Shown here: positions 11,178 through 19,764 of the stretch, one piece after another | Layout of the letters: the number at the start of each line of letters is the position of its first letter | Numbering within the stretch: position 1 is the first letter of the stretch | Source: Desulfuromonadales bacterium | Lineage (GTDB): Bacteria > Desulfobacterota > Desulfuromonadia > Desulfuromonadales > SZUA-540 | Reading direction: 5' to 3' | NCBI GenBank assembly: GCA_033549025.1 | Contig: JAWSUS010000006.1 | Span: 64,001-128,000, forward strand | Length of the DNA: 64,000 bases | The notes under the pieces: generated by a model | What the model was told of the DNA's origin: nothing | What the model saw: the letters and a program-made list of their open reading frames with translations, nothing else | The model's database searches: none | Translations under genes and position numbers: made by a program

Positions 11178-12383
11178 ATGCTGAAAGGGAAAAAGATCGT
11201 TCTGGGTGTATCCGGTGGCATTGCCGTCTACAAGGCCGTCGAGCTATTAAGGCTTTACGTGAAGGCTGGGGCGGATGTCTTTGTTGTCATGACTAAAAAC
11301 GCCCAGGAGTTTGTGACCCCCCTTACTTTCCAGACCTTGTCCGGCAATCCTGTTCACACGGAATTGTTCGACCTTTTCCAGGAAAAAGAAATAGGCCATA
11401 TTTCGCTGGCCGACCGGGCGGATTTGTTTGTCGTGGCCCCGGCTACGGCCAATCTGGTGGGCAAAGTTGCCGCCGGCATAGCCGATGACCTGCTGACCAC
11501 CACCATTATGGCCACCAAGGCCCCTGTTCTTTTCGTGCCTGCCATGAACGTGAACATGTGGGAAAATCCCATCTATCGCCAAAATGAGGAGAAGCTCAGA
11601 TCTGTCGGCTACCAGGTGATGGAGCCCGCCCTGGGGATGCTGGCCTGCGGCTGGGAAGGGAAGGGGAAGCTTCCCGATCCTGCCGATATTTTCGCCGAAA
11701 CCGAAAGACTGGTCCATCCGCGGGACCTGGCGGGAGAAACGGTCCTCGTCACGGCTGGTCCTACCCGCGAAGAGATCGATCCGGTTCGCTATATCAGCAA
11801 CTATTCTTCCGGGAAAATGGGATATGCCATCGCTCGGGCTGCGTTTCTGCGCGGCGCCCGTGTTGTTCTGATCTCCGGTCCGACCTGTCTTGCTCCACCC
11901 TGCGGCCTGGAGTTCCATCGTGTCGGCAGCGCCCGTGAAATGCAGCAGGCCGTGCGGCAATTTGCCGATGAGGCCAGTATCCTGATCAAGGCTGCCGCCG
12001 TGGCGGATTATCGTCCCGCCCAGACGTCAGTGCGGAAAATCAAGAAGGAGCAGACCGACAGTCTCCATCTGGCCCTCGAAAAAAACCCCGATATTCTGAC
12101 TGAACTCGGGCAAAACAAGGGGCAGCGCCTTTTAATTGGCTTTGCGGCAGAGACGGATGATCTGTTGGAAAACGCCGCTCGCAAGCTTCGGGATAAAAAT
12201 CTGGATTTGATCGTTGCCAACGATGTCACTGAAGCGGGTGCCGGCTTTGATGTCGATACGAATATCGTCCGGTTTCTTTTCGCCGACGGCAGTCAGGAGG
12301 CTTTACCGCGGATGAGCAAGGATGAAGTGGCCCATGCCTTGCTCGATCGGATAAAATACCTGAAGGAACAAACCAGGGATTGA
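11178..12383 (+). CDS. coaBC: Bifunctional phosphopantothenoylcysteine decarboxylase/ligase
   Basis: GGIAVYKA, PAMNVNM, TAGPTREEIDPVRYISNYSSGKMG and GFAAET motifs. Confidence 0.98.
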   Translation: MLKGKKIVLGVSGGIAVYKAVELLRLYVKAGADVFVVMTKNAQEFVTPLTFQTLSGNPVHTELFDLFQEKEIGHISLADRADLFVVAPATANLVGKVAAGIADDLLTTTIMATKAPVLFVPAMNVNMWENPIYRQNEEKLRSVGYQVMEPALGMLACGWEGKGKLPDPADIFAETERLVHPRDLAGETVLVTAGPTREEIDPVRYISNYSSGKMGYAIARAAFLRGARVVLISGPTCLAPPCGLEFHRVGSAREMQQAVRQFADEASILIKAAAVADYRPAQTSVRKIKKEQTDSLHLALEKNPDILTELGQNKGQRLLIGFAAETDDLLENAARKLRDKNLDLIVANDVTEAGAGFDVDTNIVRFLFADGSQEALPRMSKDEVAHALLDRIKYLKEQTRD

Positions 12384-12395
12384 GTTAGCCGGCGA

Positions 12396-13307
12396 TCAGG
12401 TCTGGGAAAGCATGGCGAGGAGCTGATCAGGCTGAGTGATGCCGGATCGAAATTGCGGGCGCAGTTCGGCGATGATGTTTTCCGCTTCTTTTTCCGGCAG
12501 CTTGCCGTCAAGCCAGAGCAGGTTGAGGTTTTTGCGGATCATTTTGGCGGCATGCAGGGCCCGTTCTCCCGTCGGGTCGGCTTTCCAGTAGGGACTTCCC
12601 TCGCCGTGGACCAGGATGCTTTCCGTCGCCTCGCGGGCCAAGCCGAGATATTCCTCGTGATATTCTTCGGGAAGCACCCATTTGGATGTTGTGGACAGGG
12701 AACGGATCATTTTCTGCCATTGCTGCAGGCGGTTAAGCAGCAGCAGGGAATTGAAAAGCCTCTTGTTGGTCGTGAAGGAAAAGATGGTGTCCGAGAGCAC
12801 CGATCGCAGCATGCGGTCATTGTCCTGAAAGTTTTTCCGGGCCACTGTCCGGGCCAGTTCCCAGATGGCCGGATCGACTTTGGCCTCCAATCGCAGCTCC
12901 CAATAGGCGTGTTTCAGCAGGATCGTGTTGAAGGTGCGCACCATCTTGAAGGGGACGAAATAGGAATGCGCCACGGTGTCAGCGGCCAGGTGGCTCAGAT
13001 AGCCATAGGCGCAGGCCAGCTGGGAGTCGCTTTTGGCGGCTTCAAGGACCTTTTTGCCCATTCGCCAGCTATGGCAATGATTGAGATAGTGGGTGTGCTT
13101 TTTGCCGAGGGTGATGTCGGCGCTCATGCAGCCATAGAGGTAGTCGTTGGGGTAGGCGGTGAGCAGAGTCTGCAGGGCAGGGGCCAGGATGGAGAGGTTG
13201 GATAGAATATGCGACCCCAGTTGCAGGTGCACCCCGACCCCCCAGGCGTAGGCATCTGCAGGCAGTAGAAGAATCGTCAGAAAGAATAATAGGATAGAAA
13301 AAGCCAT
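12396..13307 (-). CDS. Secreted Zn-dependent phospholipase C / S1-P1 nuclease-like protein
   Basis: Signal peptide ending AYA, then WGxxxH; GYLSHLAADxxAH and HxxxE zinc-ligand motifs. Confidence 0.7.
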   Translation of the reverse strand: MAFSILLFFLTILLLPADAYAWGVGVHLQLGSHILSNLSILAPALQTLLTAYPNDYLYGCMSADITLGKKHTHYLNHCHSWRMGKKVLEAAKSDSQLACAYGYLSHLAADTVAHSYFVPFKMVRTFNTILLKHAYWELRLEAKVDPAIWELARTVARKNFQDNDRMLRSVLSDTIFSFTTNKRLFNSLLLLNRLQQWQKMIRSLSTTSKWVLPEEYHEEYLGLAREATESILVHGEGSPYWKADPTGERALHAAKMIRKNLNLLWLDGKLPEKEAENIIAELRPQFRSGITQPDQLLAMLSQT

Positions 13308-13369
13308 AGGCTGAAGAGTCTCTGTTTTTCTTAAAGATTAGTCCACCACCGGCGTGATGTAAAGGGCTT

Positions 13370-14107
13370 ATGGGGAACGATGTAAAACAACAAATCCTGG
13401 AAATTTTAGGCCAGGCGAAAAGCCTGCTCGAGGATTTATCCTTATCAGGAACCCACGAAATCCCCGTGATTCCCCGGGCTGAAGCCTTGCCGCGCTGCGA
13501 GCTCCCCCCAGGTGGAGGAGGGCAGGGGGCGGCTGTGCTTTGTCAGCGCGAGAGTCTTGAAGAAATTCTGACGGATCTCGGTGATTGCCGTCGCTGTCCC
13601 CTTTGTGAGGGTCGTAAAAATATTGTTTTTGGTGTGGGCAATCCGCAGGCGCGGTTGGTCCTGGTCGGGGAGGCGCCAGGGCGTGAGGAAGATGAGAAGG
13701 GAGAACCTTTTGTCGGCGAGGCAGGGCGACTCTTGGACCGGATTCTTCGCGCTATGGGGTTCGGGCGCGATCAGGTCTACATTTGCAACGTGGAAAAATG
13801 CCGCCCCCCTGGCAACCGCGATCCGCGACCGGAAGAAATCGAGGCCTGCGAACCCTTCCTCATCCGCCAATTGGCCTCCATCCGGCCCAACGTGATTGTC
13901 GCTCTTGGCAAATTTGCCGCCCAGACTCTGTTGCGGGACCAAACCCCCATCACCCGGCTCCGGGGGACCTGGAAGGATTACCACGGTATTCCTCTCATGC
14001 CCACCTACCACCCGGCCTACCTGCTCAGAAATCCCGCTGGAAAACAGGAGGTCTGGGAGGATATGAAGCAGGTTCTCAAGCGGCTTCAGCAGAGCGAGGA
14101 CGGATGA
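13370..14107 (+). CDS. Family 4 uracil-DNA glycosylase ([4Fe-4S])
   Basis: CRRCPLC, GEAPG, PFVG, KCRPPGNR and PTYHPAYLLR motifs. Confidence 0.95.
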   Translation: MGNDVKQQILEILGQAKSLLEDLSLSGTHEIPVIPRAEALPRCELPPGGGGQGAAVLCQRESLEEILTDLGDCRRCPLCEGRKNIVFGVGNPQARLVLVGEAPGREEDEKGEPFVGEAGRLLDRILRAMGFGRDQVYICNVEKCRPPGNRDPRPEEIEACEPFLIRQLASIRPNVIVALGKFAAQTLLRDQTPITRLRGTWKDYHGIPLMPTYHPAYLLRNPAGKQEVWEDMKQVLKRLQQSEDG

Positions 14108-14877
14108 CGGCAGCCAAGGGATCCTGGTTGGAGGCGGAGGGCGTCGGCGTTACACGCTGTGATGCCAAAGGATCGCCCGTAGAAATTCTCAGGGGAATCG
14201 ACATGCGGGCTCAGCCCGGCCGGCTGACTGTGGTCTTCGGCCCTTCCGGCGGCGGAAAATCAACCCTTATAAGGCTCTTGAACAGGCTTGAAGAACCAAC
14301 CGCCGGCAAAATACTTCTCGGTGGAGAAGATGTCATTCGCATGGATCCCATTCGGCTGCGCCGGCGTGTAGGGCTTGTGCCGCAGCGGCCCTTCATGTTT
14401 CCGGGCACTGTACTGGATAATCTGCAACGCCCTTTTCTCTATCGTCGTCAGGCTCCGCCCGCCGTGGATGATTCTGAGATTCTCACGGTTTTGGACGCTT
14501 GCCGCCTTTCCCGCGAGATGCTGACCCAGCCGGCCCGCACGCTGTCCATCGGGCAACAGCAGCGTGTTTCCCTGGCGCGAACGCTCATAACCGATCCGGA
14601 AGTACTGCTGCTCGATGAACCGACCAGCGCGCTCGACCGGCCGACAGGGGACCGCCTGGGGCAGACGCTGAAAGACATCTGCCGGAAGCGCAACCTGACA
14701 CTGGTTCTGGTCAGTCATGACCTGCGCATGGTCGAACACATCGGGGATTACCTTTACTACCTTGACGGTGGCTGTATCCTGGAGGAGGGGAGCGTCGGCG
14801 AGGTCCTGAGCCGTCCCCAGACAGCCTCTCTGCGCCGCTTCCTGGCGGAGCCCTGGGAACGGACAGTGGAGGAGTAG
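14104..14877 (+). CDS. ABC transporter ATP-binding protein (FetA/YbbL-like)
   Basis: Walker A GPSGGGKST, LSIGQQQR signature and LLLDEPTSALD; ATGA overlap with the UDG stop. Confidence 0.88.
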   Translation: MTAAKGSWLEAEGVGVTRCDAKGSPVEILRGIDMRAQPGRLTVVFGPSGGGKSTLIRLLNRLEEPTAGKILLGGEDVIRMDPIRLRRRVGLVPQRPFMFPGTVLDNLQRPFLYRRQAPPAVDDSEILTVLDACRLSREMLTQPARTLSIGQQQRVSLARTLITDPEVLLLDEPTSALDRPTGDRLGQTLKDICRKRNLTLVLVSHDLRMVEHIGDYLYYLDGGCILEEGSVGEVLSRPQTASLRRFLAEPWERTVEE

Positions 14878-14878
14878 G

Positions 14879-15679
14879 ATGGAACAGGCGGAACTGATCG
14901 CTCTCGGCACCCTTGACCTGGTCTGGGCCTACGGCTTGATTCTGTTGACCTTCGGTCTGGCGAGGCTGCAGAAGGTCGGGCAGGAAAAACAGTTCCTCTG
15001 GGCCTCTGTGCGCATGGTGGCCCAACTGTTGGCTATCGGCTATACCCTGCACCTTGTTTTTGCCATCCGCAGCCCTTTACCCGTTCTTCTCATTCTGCTT
15101 GTCATGGCCGGGTTTTCTGTCCAGGTCATGGCCGGGCGCGTCAAAGCCAGGATGCCCGGCTTTTACAAGGTCGTCGGCGTCGCCATCCTTGTTGGCTGTG
15201 GACTCGTCTCTTTCTATTTCTGCCTGGTGGTGGTGGGCTTCACCCCCTGGTACGATCCGCGCTATCTGATTCCCCTGGTCGGGATGATTATCGGCAATTC
15301 CATGAACGGCGCCAGTCTGGCGGCCGAACGACTGCACAGCGAGCTGGCGGAGAGAAGGGACGAGATCGAAACGGCTCTTTGTCTGGGGGCGACGGCACGG
15401 CAGGCCTCTCAGGAGGCCATGCGCAGTGCCTTTCGGGCGGCCTTGATCCCGGCGACCAATACCATGGCCGCCATGGGGATCGTTTCTCTTCCGGGCATGA
15501 TGACCGGCCAGATTCTGTCGGGCACTGAGCCCGTCGTGGCGGTCAAATACCAGATCGCCATCATGTGCGCCATTACCGGTGCCGTGGCCATCACGACTTT
15601 TCTGATTGTACACCGGGGCTATCGTGCCTACTTTTCCCGGGCGCACCAGCTTCTCGATCTTACAGCGCCAAGGTCCTGA
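14879..15679 (+). CDS. fetB: UPF0014 ABC permease (FetB/YbbM-like putative iron exporter)
   Basis: RMVAQLLAIGY, IPLVGMIIGNSM, GIVSLPGMMTGQIL and AVKYQI motifs. Confidence 0.85.
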   Translation: MEQAELIALGTLDLVWAYGLILLTFGLARLQKVGQEKQFLWASVRMVAQLLAIGYTLHLVFAIRSPLPVLLILLVMAGFSVQVMAGRVKARMPGFYKVVGVAILVGCGLVSFYFCLVVVGFTPWYDPRYLIPLVGMIIGNSMNGASLAAERLHSELAERRDEIETALCLGATARQASQEAMRSAFRAALIPATNTMAAMGIVSLPGMMTGQILSGTEPVVAVKYQIAIMCAITGAVAITTFLIVHRGYRAYFSRAHQLLDLTAPRS

Positions 15680-15715
15680 CGGGATGACGGGCTGGCCCCT
15701 GCGTGAGCAAATAGA

Positions 15716-17143
15716 TCAGGCGCGGCTCGACTCGGCCGTTCGCGTTTTGTGGTGGGGGTTGTCAAGGCTCAGCCGCTTCATCTTTTCCACCAGGGTCGTG
15801 CGGTTGATCTTCAGCAAGGCTGCGGCCCTGGCCTTGACTCCCTGACCCAACTCCAGCGCTTCCAGAATCATGCCCCGTTCAATATCCGCCAGAACCTGCT
15901 CCATGTTAATCCCCGATTCACTGACTTTGGGGGTCATGAAGGCCGGCCCTGACCTTTTATCCTCGCCACCACCGACGTGCTGAGGCAGATCCCGTCTCTC
16001 GATGCGCTCTCCGTCGGTGAGGGCGACTGTCCTCTCGATGACGTTTTCCATTTCGCGAACATTGCCCGGCCAGTCATAAGCCTCAAGGGCCTGCATGGCT
16101 TCGGAGGAGAGGGCCATGAGTGAACGCTTCATCTCCTTGCAGATTTTCTGCAGAAAGTGCCGTGCCAGCAAGGCGATGTCCTCGCGTCGGTCACGCAGCG
16201 GCGGCAGCAGGATTGGGATGACGTTGAGGCGGTAATAGAGATCCTCTCGGAACAATCCCCTTTTGACCTGCTCCTCCAGATTGGCGTTGGTCGCCGACAC
16301 GACCCGGACGTTGAGTTTGATTTTTTTACTCCCGCCGACCCGTTCGACTTCCTGTTCCTGCAACACCCGCAACAGCTTCATCTGCAGATGCATCGGCATG
16401 GTGCCGATCTCGTCCAGAAAGATCGTCCCGTTGTTGGCGACCTCGAATTTGCCGGGTTTGTCCAGCACCGCCCCGGTAAAAGAACCCCGCACATGGCCAA
16501 AAAGTTCGCTTTCGAGCAGGTCGGCCGGAATCGCCCCACAGTTGATGGCAACAAAGGGCTGCTCCTTGCGGCTGCTGTTGTAGTGGATGGCGCGGGCGAC
16601 GAGTTCCTTGCCTGTCCCCGACTCTCCCAGGATAAGAATTGTTGAATCGGTCTGAACGATTTTTTCCATGCGGGAAAAAACCTGCTGGATGGCCAAGCTG
16701 TTGCCAATGATGTTTTCAAACTTGTATTTGCCGCGCAGTTGCTGACGCAGATACAGGTTTTCAGCGACCAGCTGGCTCTTTTCCAGCGCCTTGGCCACCA
16801 GCACCTTGAGCTTTTCGATATTGAACGGTTTGGTGATGTAGTCGAAGGCCCCTTCTTTCATGGCCTCGACGGCCGTTTCGGCGGAGGCGTTGCCTGTAAT
16901 CAGGATGACATTGGTGTAGGGGGAGTCGGCTTTGACCTTTTTGAGGATGTCGATACCGCTGACGCCCGGGAGAAAAAGATCCGTTATGACGATCTCAAAA
17001 GGTGTGCTCTGCATGATCTGCAGCGCTTCTTCACCGGAATCCGTCGCCTGGACCCGGTAGCCGGCGCTGGTCAGCAGCATGGACAACGCATCCCTGTTGT
17101 TGGCTTCATCGTCGATGATCAAAATCTGTGAAAGGTCGTTCAT
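15716..17143 (-). CDS. sigma54-dependent response regulator (NtrC family)
   Basis: REC domain, [30 protein letters not shown] and C-terminal Fis HTH; no cognate kinase adjacent. Confidence 0.95.
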   Translation of the reverse strand: MNDLSQILIIDDEANNRDALSMLLTSAGYRVQATDSGEEALQIMQSTPFEIVITDLFLPGVSGIDILKKVKADSPYTNVILITGNASAETAVEAMKEGAFDYITKPFNIEKLKVLVAKALEKSQLVAENLYLRQQLRGKYKFENIIGNSLAIQQVFSRMEKIVQTDSTILILGESGTGKELVARAIHYNSSRKEQPFVAINCGAIPADLLESELFGHVRGSFTGAVLDKPGKFEVANNGTIFLDEIGTMPMHLQMKLLRVLQEQEVERVGGSKKIKLNVRVVSATNANLEEQVKRGLFREDLYYRLNVIPILLPPLRDRREDIALLARHFLQKICKEMKRSLMALSSEAMQALEAYDWPGNVREMENVIERTVALTDGERIERRDLPQHVGGGEDKRSGPAFMTPKVSESGINMEQVLADIERGMILEALELGQGVKARAAALLKINRTTLVEKMKRLSLDNPHHKTRTAESSRA

Positions 17144-17296
17144 GGCATCTCCAGAAAGGAGGGAAGGGGCGTCATATCTTTGACGGTTGGTACCTTAGCA
17201 CAGCGCGCATCGGGAGGCAAGCTGCCTTGCCGTGGTCATAAATGGTTCATTGCGCCTGTTTTGACAGGCCTAAGGGCCTGGGGTAAGCTTTTCAGC

Positions 17297-18673
17297 ATGA
17301 ATCGATATGTGCGAACATGCCTGCTTTTGGTGCTGTTGCTGTTTTCCTGGGTCACGGCGTCGGCTGGAAATGGTGCCGATGGTATCCGCGTTGTGCGCGT
17401 CAACGGGGCGATCACTCCCCCCGTAGCCGATTTTATCGCGACTGAACTCAGCGATGCCAATAAGAGCGCGGAAAAAGCCTTCCTGCTGGAGTTGGACACG
17501 CCGGGCGGCCTTGACACCGCCATGCGGGACATTATCAAGGCGATGCTGGCCTCGCGCATTCCCGTTATTGCTTATGTCTATCCCGCCGGCGCGCGGGCGG
17601 CGTCTGCCGGAGCACTCATTACCCTGGCGGCTGATTTCGCGGTCATGGCCCCCGGTACCAATATCGGTGCCGCTCATCCGGTGGCCGTCGGCGCAGGCGG
17701 CCAGCAGGACACGACCATGATGGACAAGGTCCTTGCCGATGCGGTTGCCTATGCCCGCAGTCTCGCCGAGCAGCGAGGACGGAATGTGGACTGGGCCGAA
17801 CGTATCGTGCGGGAGAGTATTTCCACCTCTGCCTCCGAAGCCTTGCAACTCAAGGTTATCGATATGATCGCCGCCGATGAACAGGAACTGATCGAGGGGC
17901 TTCATGGTCGTCGGTATCTTCGCCAAGGGCAGGCCCTGGTTCTGGATATTGCCGGGGCCGAGTTGAACCTGGCCGAGATGAGCTGGCGGCAGAAAATCCT
18001 GGCGACCATCAGCAACCCCAACGTCGCCTATATGCTCCTGATGCTCGGGATCATGGGGATATTTTTCGAGATCTCCCAACCCGGAGGGATTCTGCCGGGA
18101 GCTCTGGGCGCCATCGCTCTGCTGCTGGCGCTCTTCGCCTTCCAAACCCTGCCGATCAACTATGCCGGCGTTCTGCTGATTCTGCTGGCGATCATTCTTT
18201 TTATTCTGGAAGTAAAAATCGTCTCCTATGGCATGCTTTCCATTGGTGGACTTGTCGCCATGACGCTGGGATCCTTGATGCTCATCGAGAGTTCCGAGCC
18301 CTATCTGCAGATATCCCGGGCCATCATCGCGGCTACCGTGGCTGTTTTCGGCGGATTTTTCCTGCTGGTCCTCTTTTTTGTGGTGCGAACACAGAAAAGC
18401 CGCTTTGTCTCCGGCGCCGAAGGCATGGTGGGGGAACGGGGGCGGGCCGTGACGCCCATCCACGGGGATGGCAAGGTCTTCGTCCACGGAGAATACTGGA
18501 ATGCTTTTTCCAAACAGCCTATCGGCGAGAATCAGGACGTGGTGGTGGTTCGCCTTGAGGGTAATCTTCGCATGGAGGTGGCCCCCTGGCCTGCCAGTGA
18601 ACCTGTGTTTCACCCTGTAGATAGCTCTATTGACCCCGGGCAGGACGTAACGATGAACAAGGAGGATTTATGA
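17297..18673 (+). CDS. nfeD: NfeD-family membrane-bound serine protease (long form)
   Basis: LDTPGG, AASAG and [11 protein letters not shown]lpP-like domain, TM region and C-terminal OB domain (VFVHGEYW); start moved to ATG at 17297. Confidence 0.9.
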   Translation: MNRYVRTCLLLVLLLFSWVTASAGNGADGIRVVRVNGAITPPVADFIATELSDANKSAEKAFLLELDTPGGLDTAMRDIIKAMLASRIPVIAYVYPAGARAASAGALITLAADFAVMAPGTNIGAAHPVAVGAGGQQDTTMMDKVLADAVAYARSLAEQRGRNVDWAERIVRESISTSASEALQLKVIDMIAADEQELIEGLHGRRYLRQGQALVLDIAGAELNLAEMSWRQKILATISNPNVAYMLLMLGIMGIFFEISQPGGILPGALGAIALLLALFAFQTLPINYAGVLLILLAIILFILEVKIVSYGMLSIGGLVAMTLGSLMLIESSEPYLQISRAIIAATVAVFGGFFLLVLFFVVRTQKSRFVSGAEGMVGERGRAVTPIHGDGKVFVHGEYWNAFSKQPIGENQDVVVVRLEGNLRMEVAPWPASEPVFHPVDSSIDPGQDVTMNKEDL

Positions 18674-19449
18674 TACCTGTTGGCCTCATCGGTTGGGCGG
18701 TCGTTTTAGGATTGTTGCTGTTTATTATCGTGCAGGCGGTTCAGATTCTCATGGAATATGAACGGGGAGTCGTCTTCCGTCTCGGGCGATTTTCTTCGGT
18801 CAAAGGTCCGGGCCTGCGGTTGATCATTCCCTTTGTCGACCGCCTGGTCAAGATCAGCCTGCGCACGGTAGCCATGGACGTGCCGCCCCAGGATGTCATC
18901 ACCAAGGACAATGTCTCTGTCAAGGTCAACGCGGTTCTCTACTTCCGGGTTCTTTCTCCCGAAAAGGCTTTGATCGAGGTAGAGAACTATCTTTACGCAA
19001 CCAGCCAGTTGGCGCAGACCTCCCTGCGCAGTGTCCTTGGACAGTCCGATCTGGATGACCTGCTTTCGCACCGGGACCGCATCAATCAGGACCTGCAGAA
19101 TATCCTCGACCGGCAAACTGATCCCTGGGGCGTCAAGGTGTCCAATGTCGAGATCAAGCATGTCGATCTGCCGGCGGAGATGCAGCGCGCCATGGCCAGG
19201 CAGGCTGAGGCGGAAAGGGAACGGCGTTCCAAGGTGATCCATGCCGAAGGGGAATTCCAGGCTTCCCAGAAATTGTTTGATGCGGCCAAGGTGATGAGTG
19301 GGGAGCCGACGGCTTTGCAGTTACGTTTTTTGCAGACTCTCACGGAGGTCGCCACCGAGAAGAACTCGACCATCATTTTTCCGGTTCCCATCGACCTCAT
19401 CCAGCCTTTTCTGGATTCCCGCAAGAAGGGGTCTTCCTCTCCAGAGTAA
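18670..19449 (+). CDS. SPFH/stomatin-like (slipin) protein
   Basis: [21 protein letters not shown] and [12 protein letters not shown]; classic pairing with nfeD. Confidence 0.95.
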   Translation: MIPVGLIGWAVVLGLLLFIIVQAVQILMEYERGVVFRLGRFSSVKGPGLRLIIPFVDRLVKISLRTVAMDVPPQDVITKDNVSVKVNAVLYFRVLSPEKALIEVENYLYATSQLAQTSLRSVLGQSDLDDLLSHRDRINQDLQNILDRQTDPWGVKVSNVEIKHVDLPAEMQRAMARQAEAERERRSKVIHAEGEFQASQKLFDAAKVMSGEPTALQLRFLQTLTEVATEKNSTIIFPVPIDLIQPFLDSRKKGSSSPE

Positions 19450-19455
19450 CCCCCT

Positions 19456-19501
19456 TCAAAGCCTCCGGAAGAATCACATTGCCGGAGGTTTTGATTTTTT
19501 T
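19456..19501 (+). terminator. Probable intrinsic terminator after the slipin gene
   Basis: tcaaagcctccgg...ccggaggttttga followed by a T tract. Confidence 0.7.
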
Positions 19502-19588
19502 GGATATGCGAAATATGGGAAGACCTGTGAAATGAGGTTGTTTTGTGCAGTGGAATCAGGGTGTTAAAATATAGAACAATATTTTATA

Positions 19589-19618
19589 TTGACAAGGGTA
19601 TTTGCCATTTGGTTATAT
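19589..19618 (+). promoter_or_regulatory. Probable sigma70 promoter of pyc
   Basis: TTGACA at 19589 and TTATAT 18 bp downstream, in an AT-rich intergenic region. Confidence 0.5.
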
Positions 19619-19764
19619 GTGCGTCATCGTGTCTGTAGAGGTAAGCGTTTAAATTTACGTAAAAAAAATCATTGTAACTAAATTTTAAGTACGCCTGTAA
19701 GTGTTTTATTTTTGATAAAGACTTTTTTGTGGTTTAAAATTCTTTTTCAGTTGGAGGAGGTTGA

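Noticed and set aside
13783..14103. N-terminal extension of the ABC ATPase, suggesting a fusion or frameshift with UDG
   Set aside because: Out-of-frame overlap with UDG; the ATGA coupling at 14104 explains the real start.
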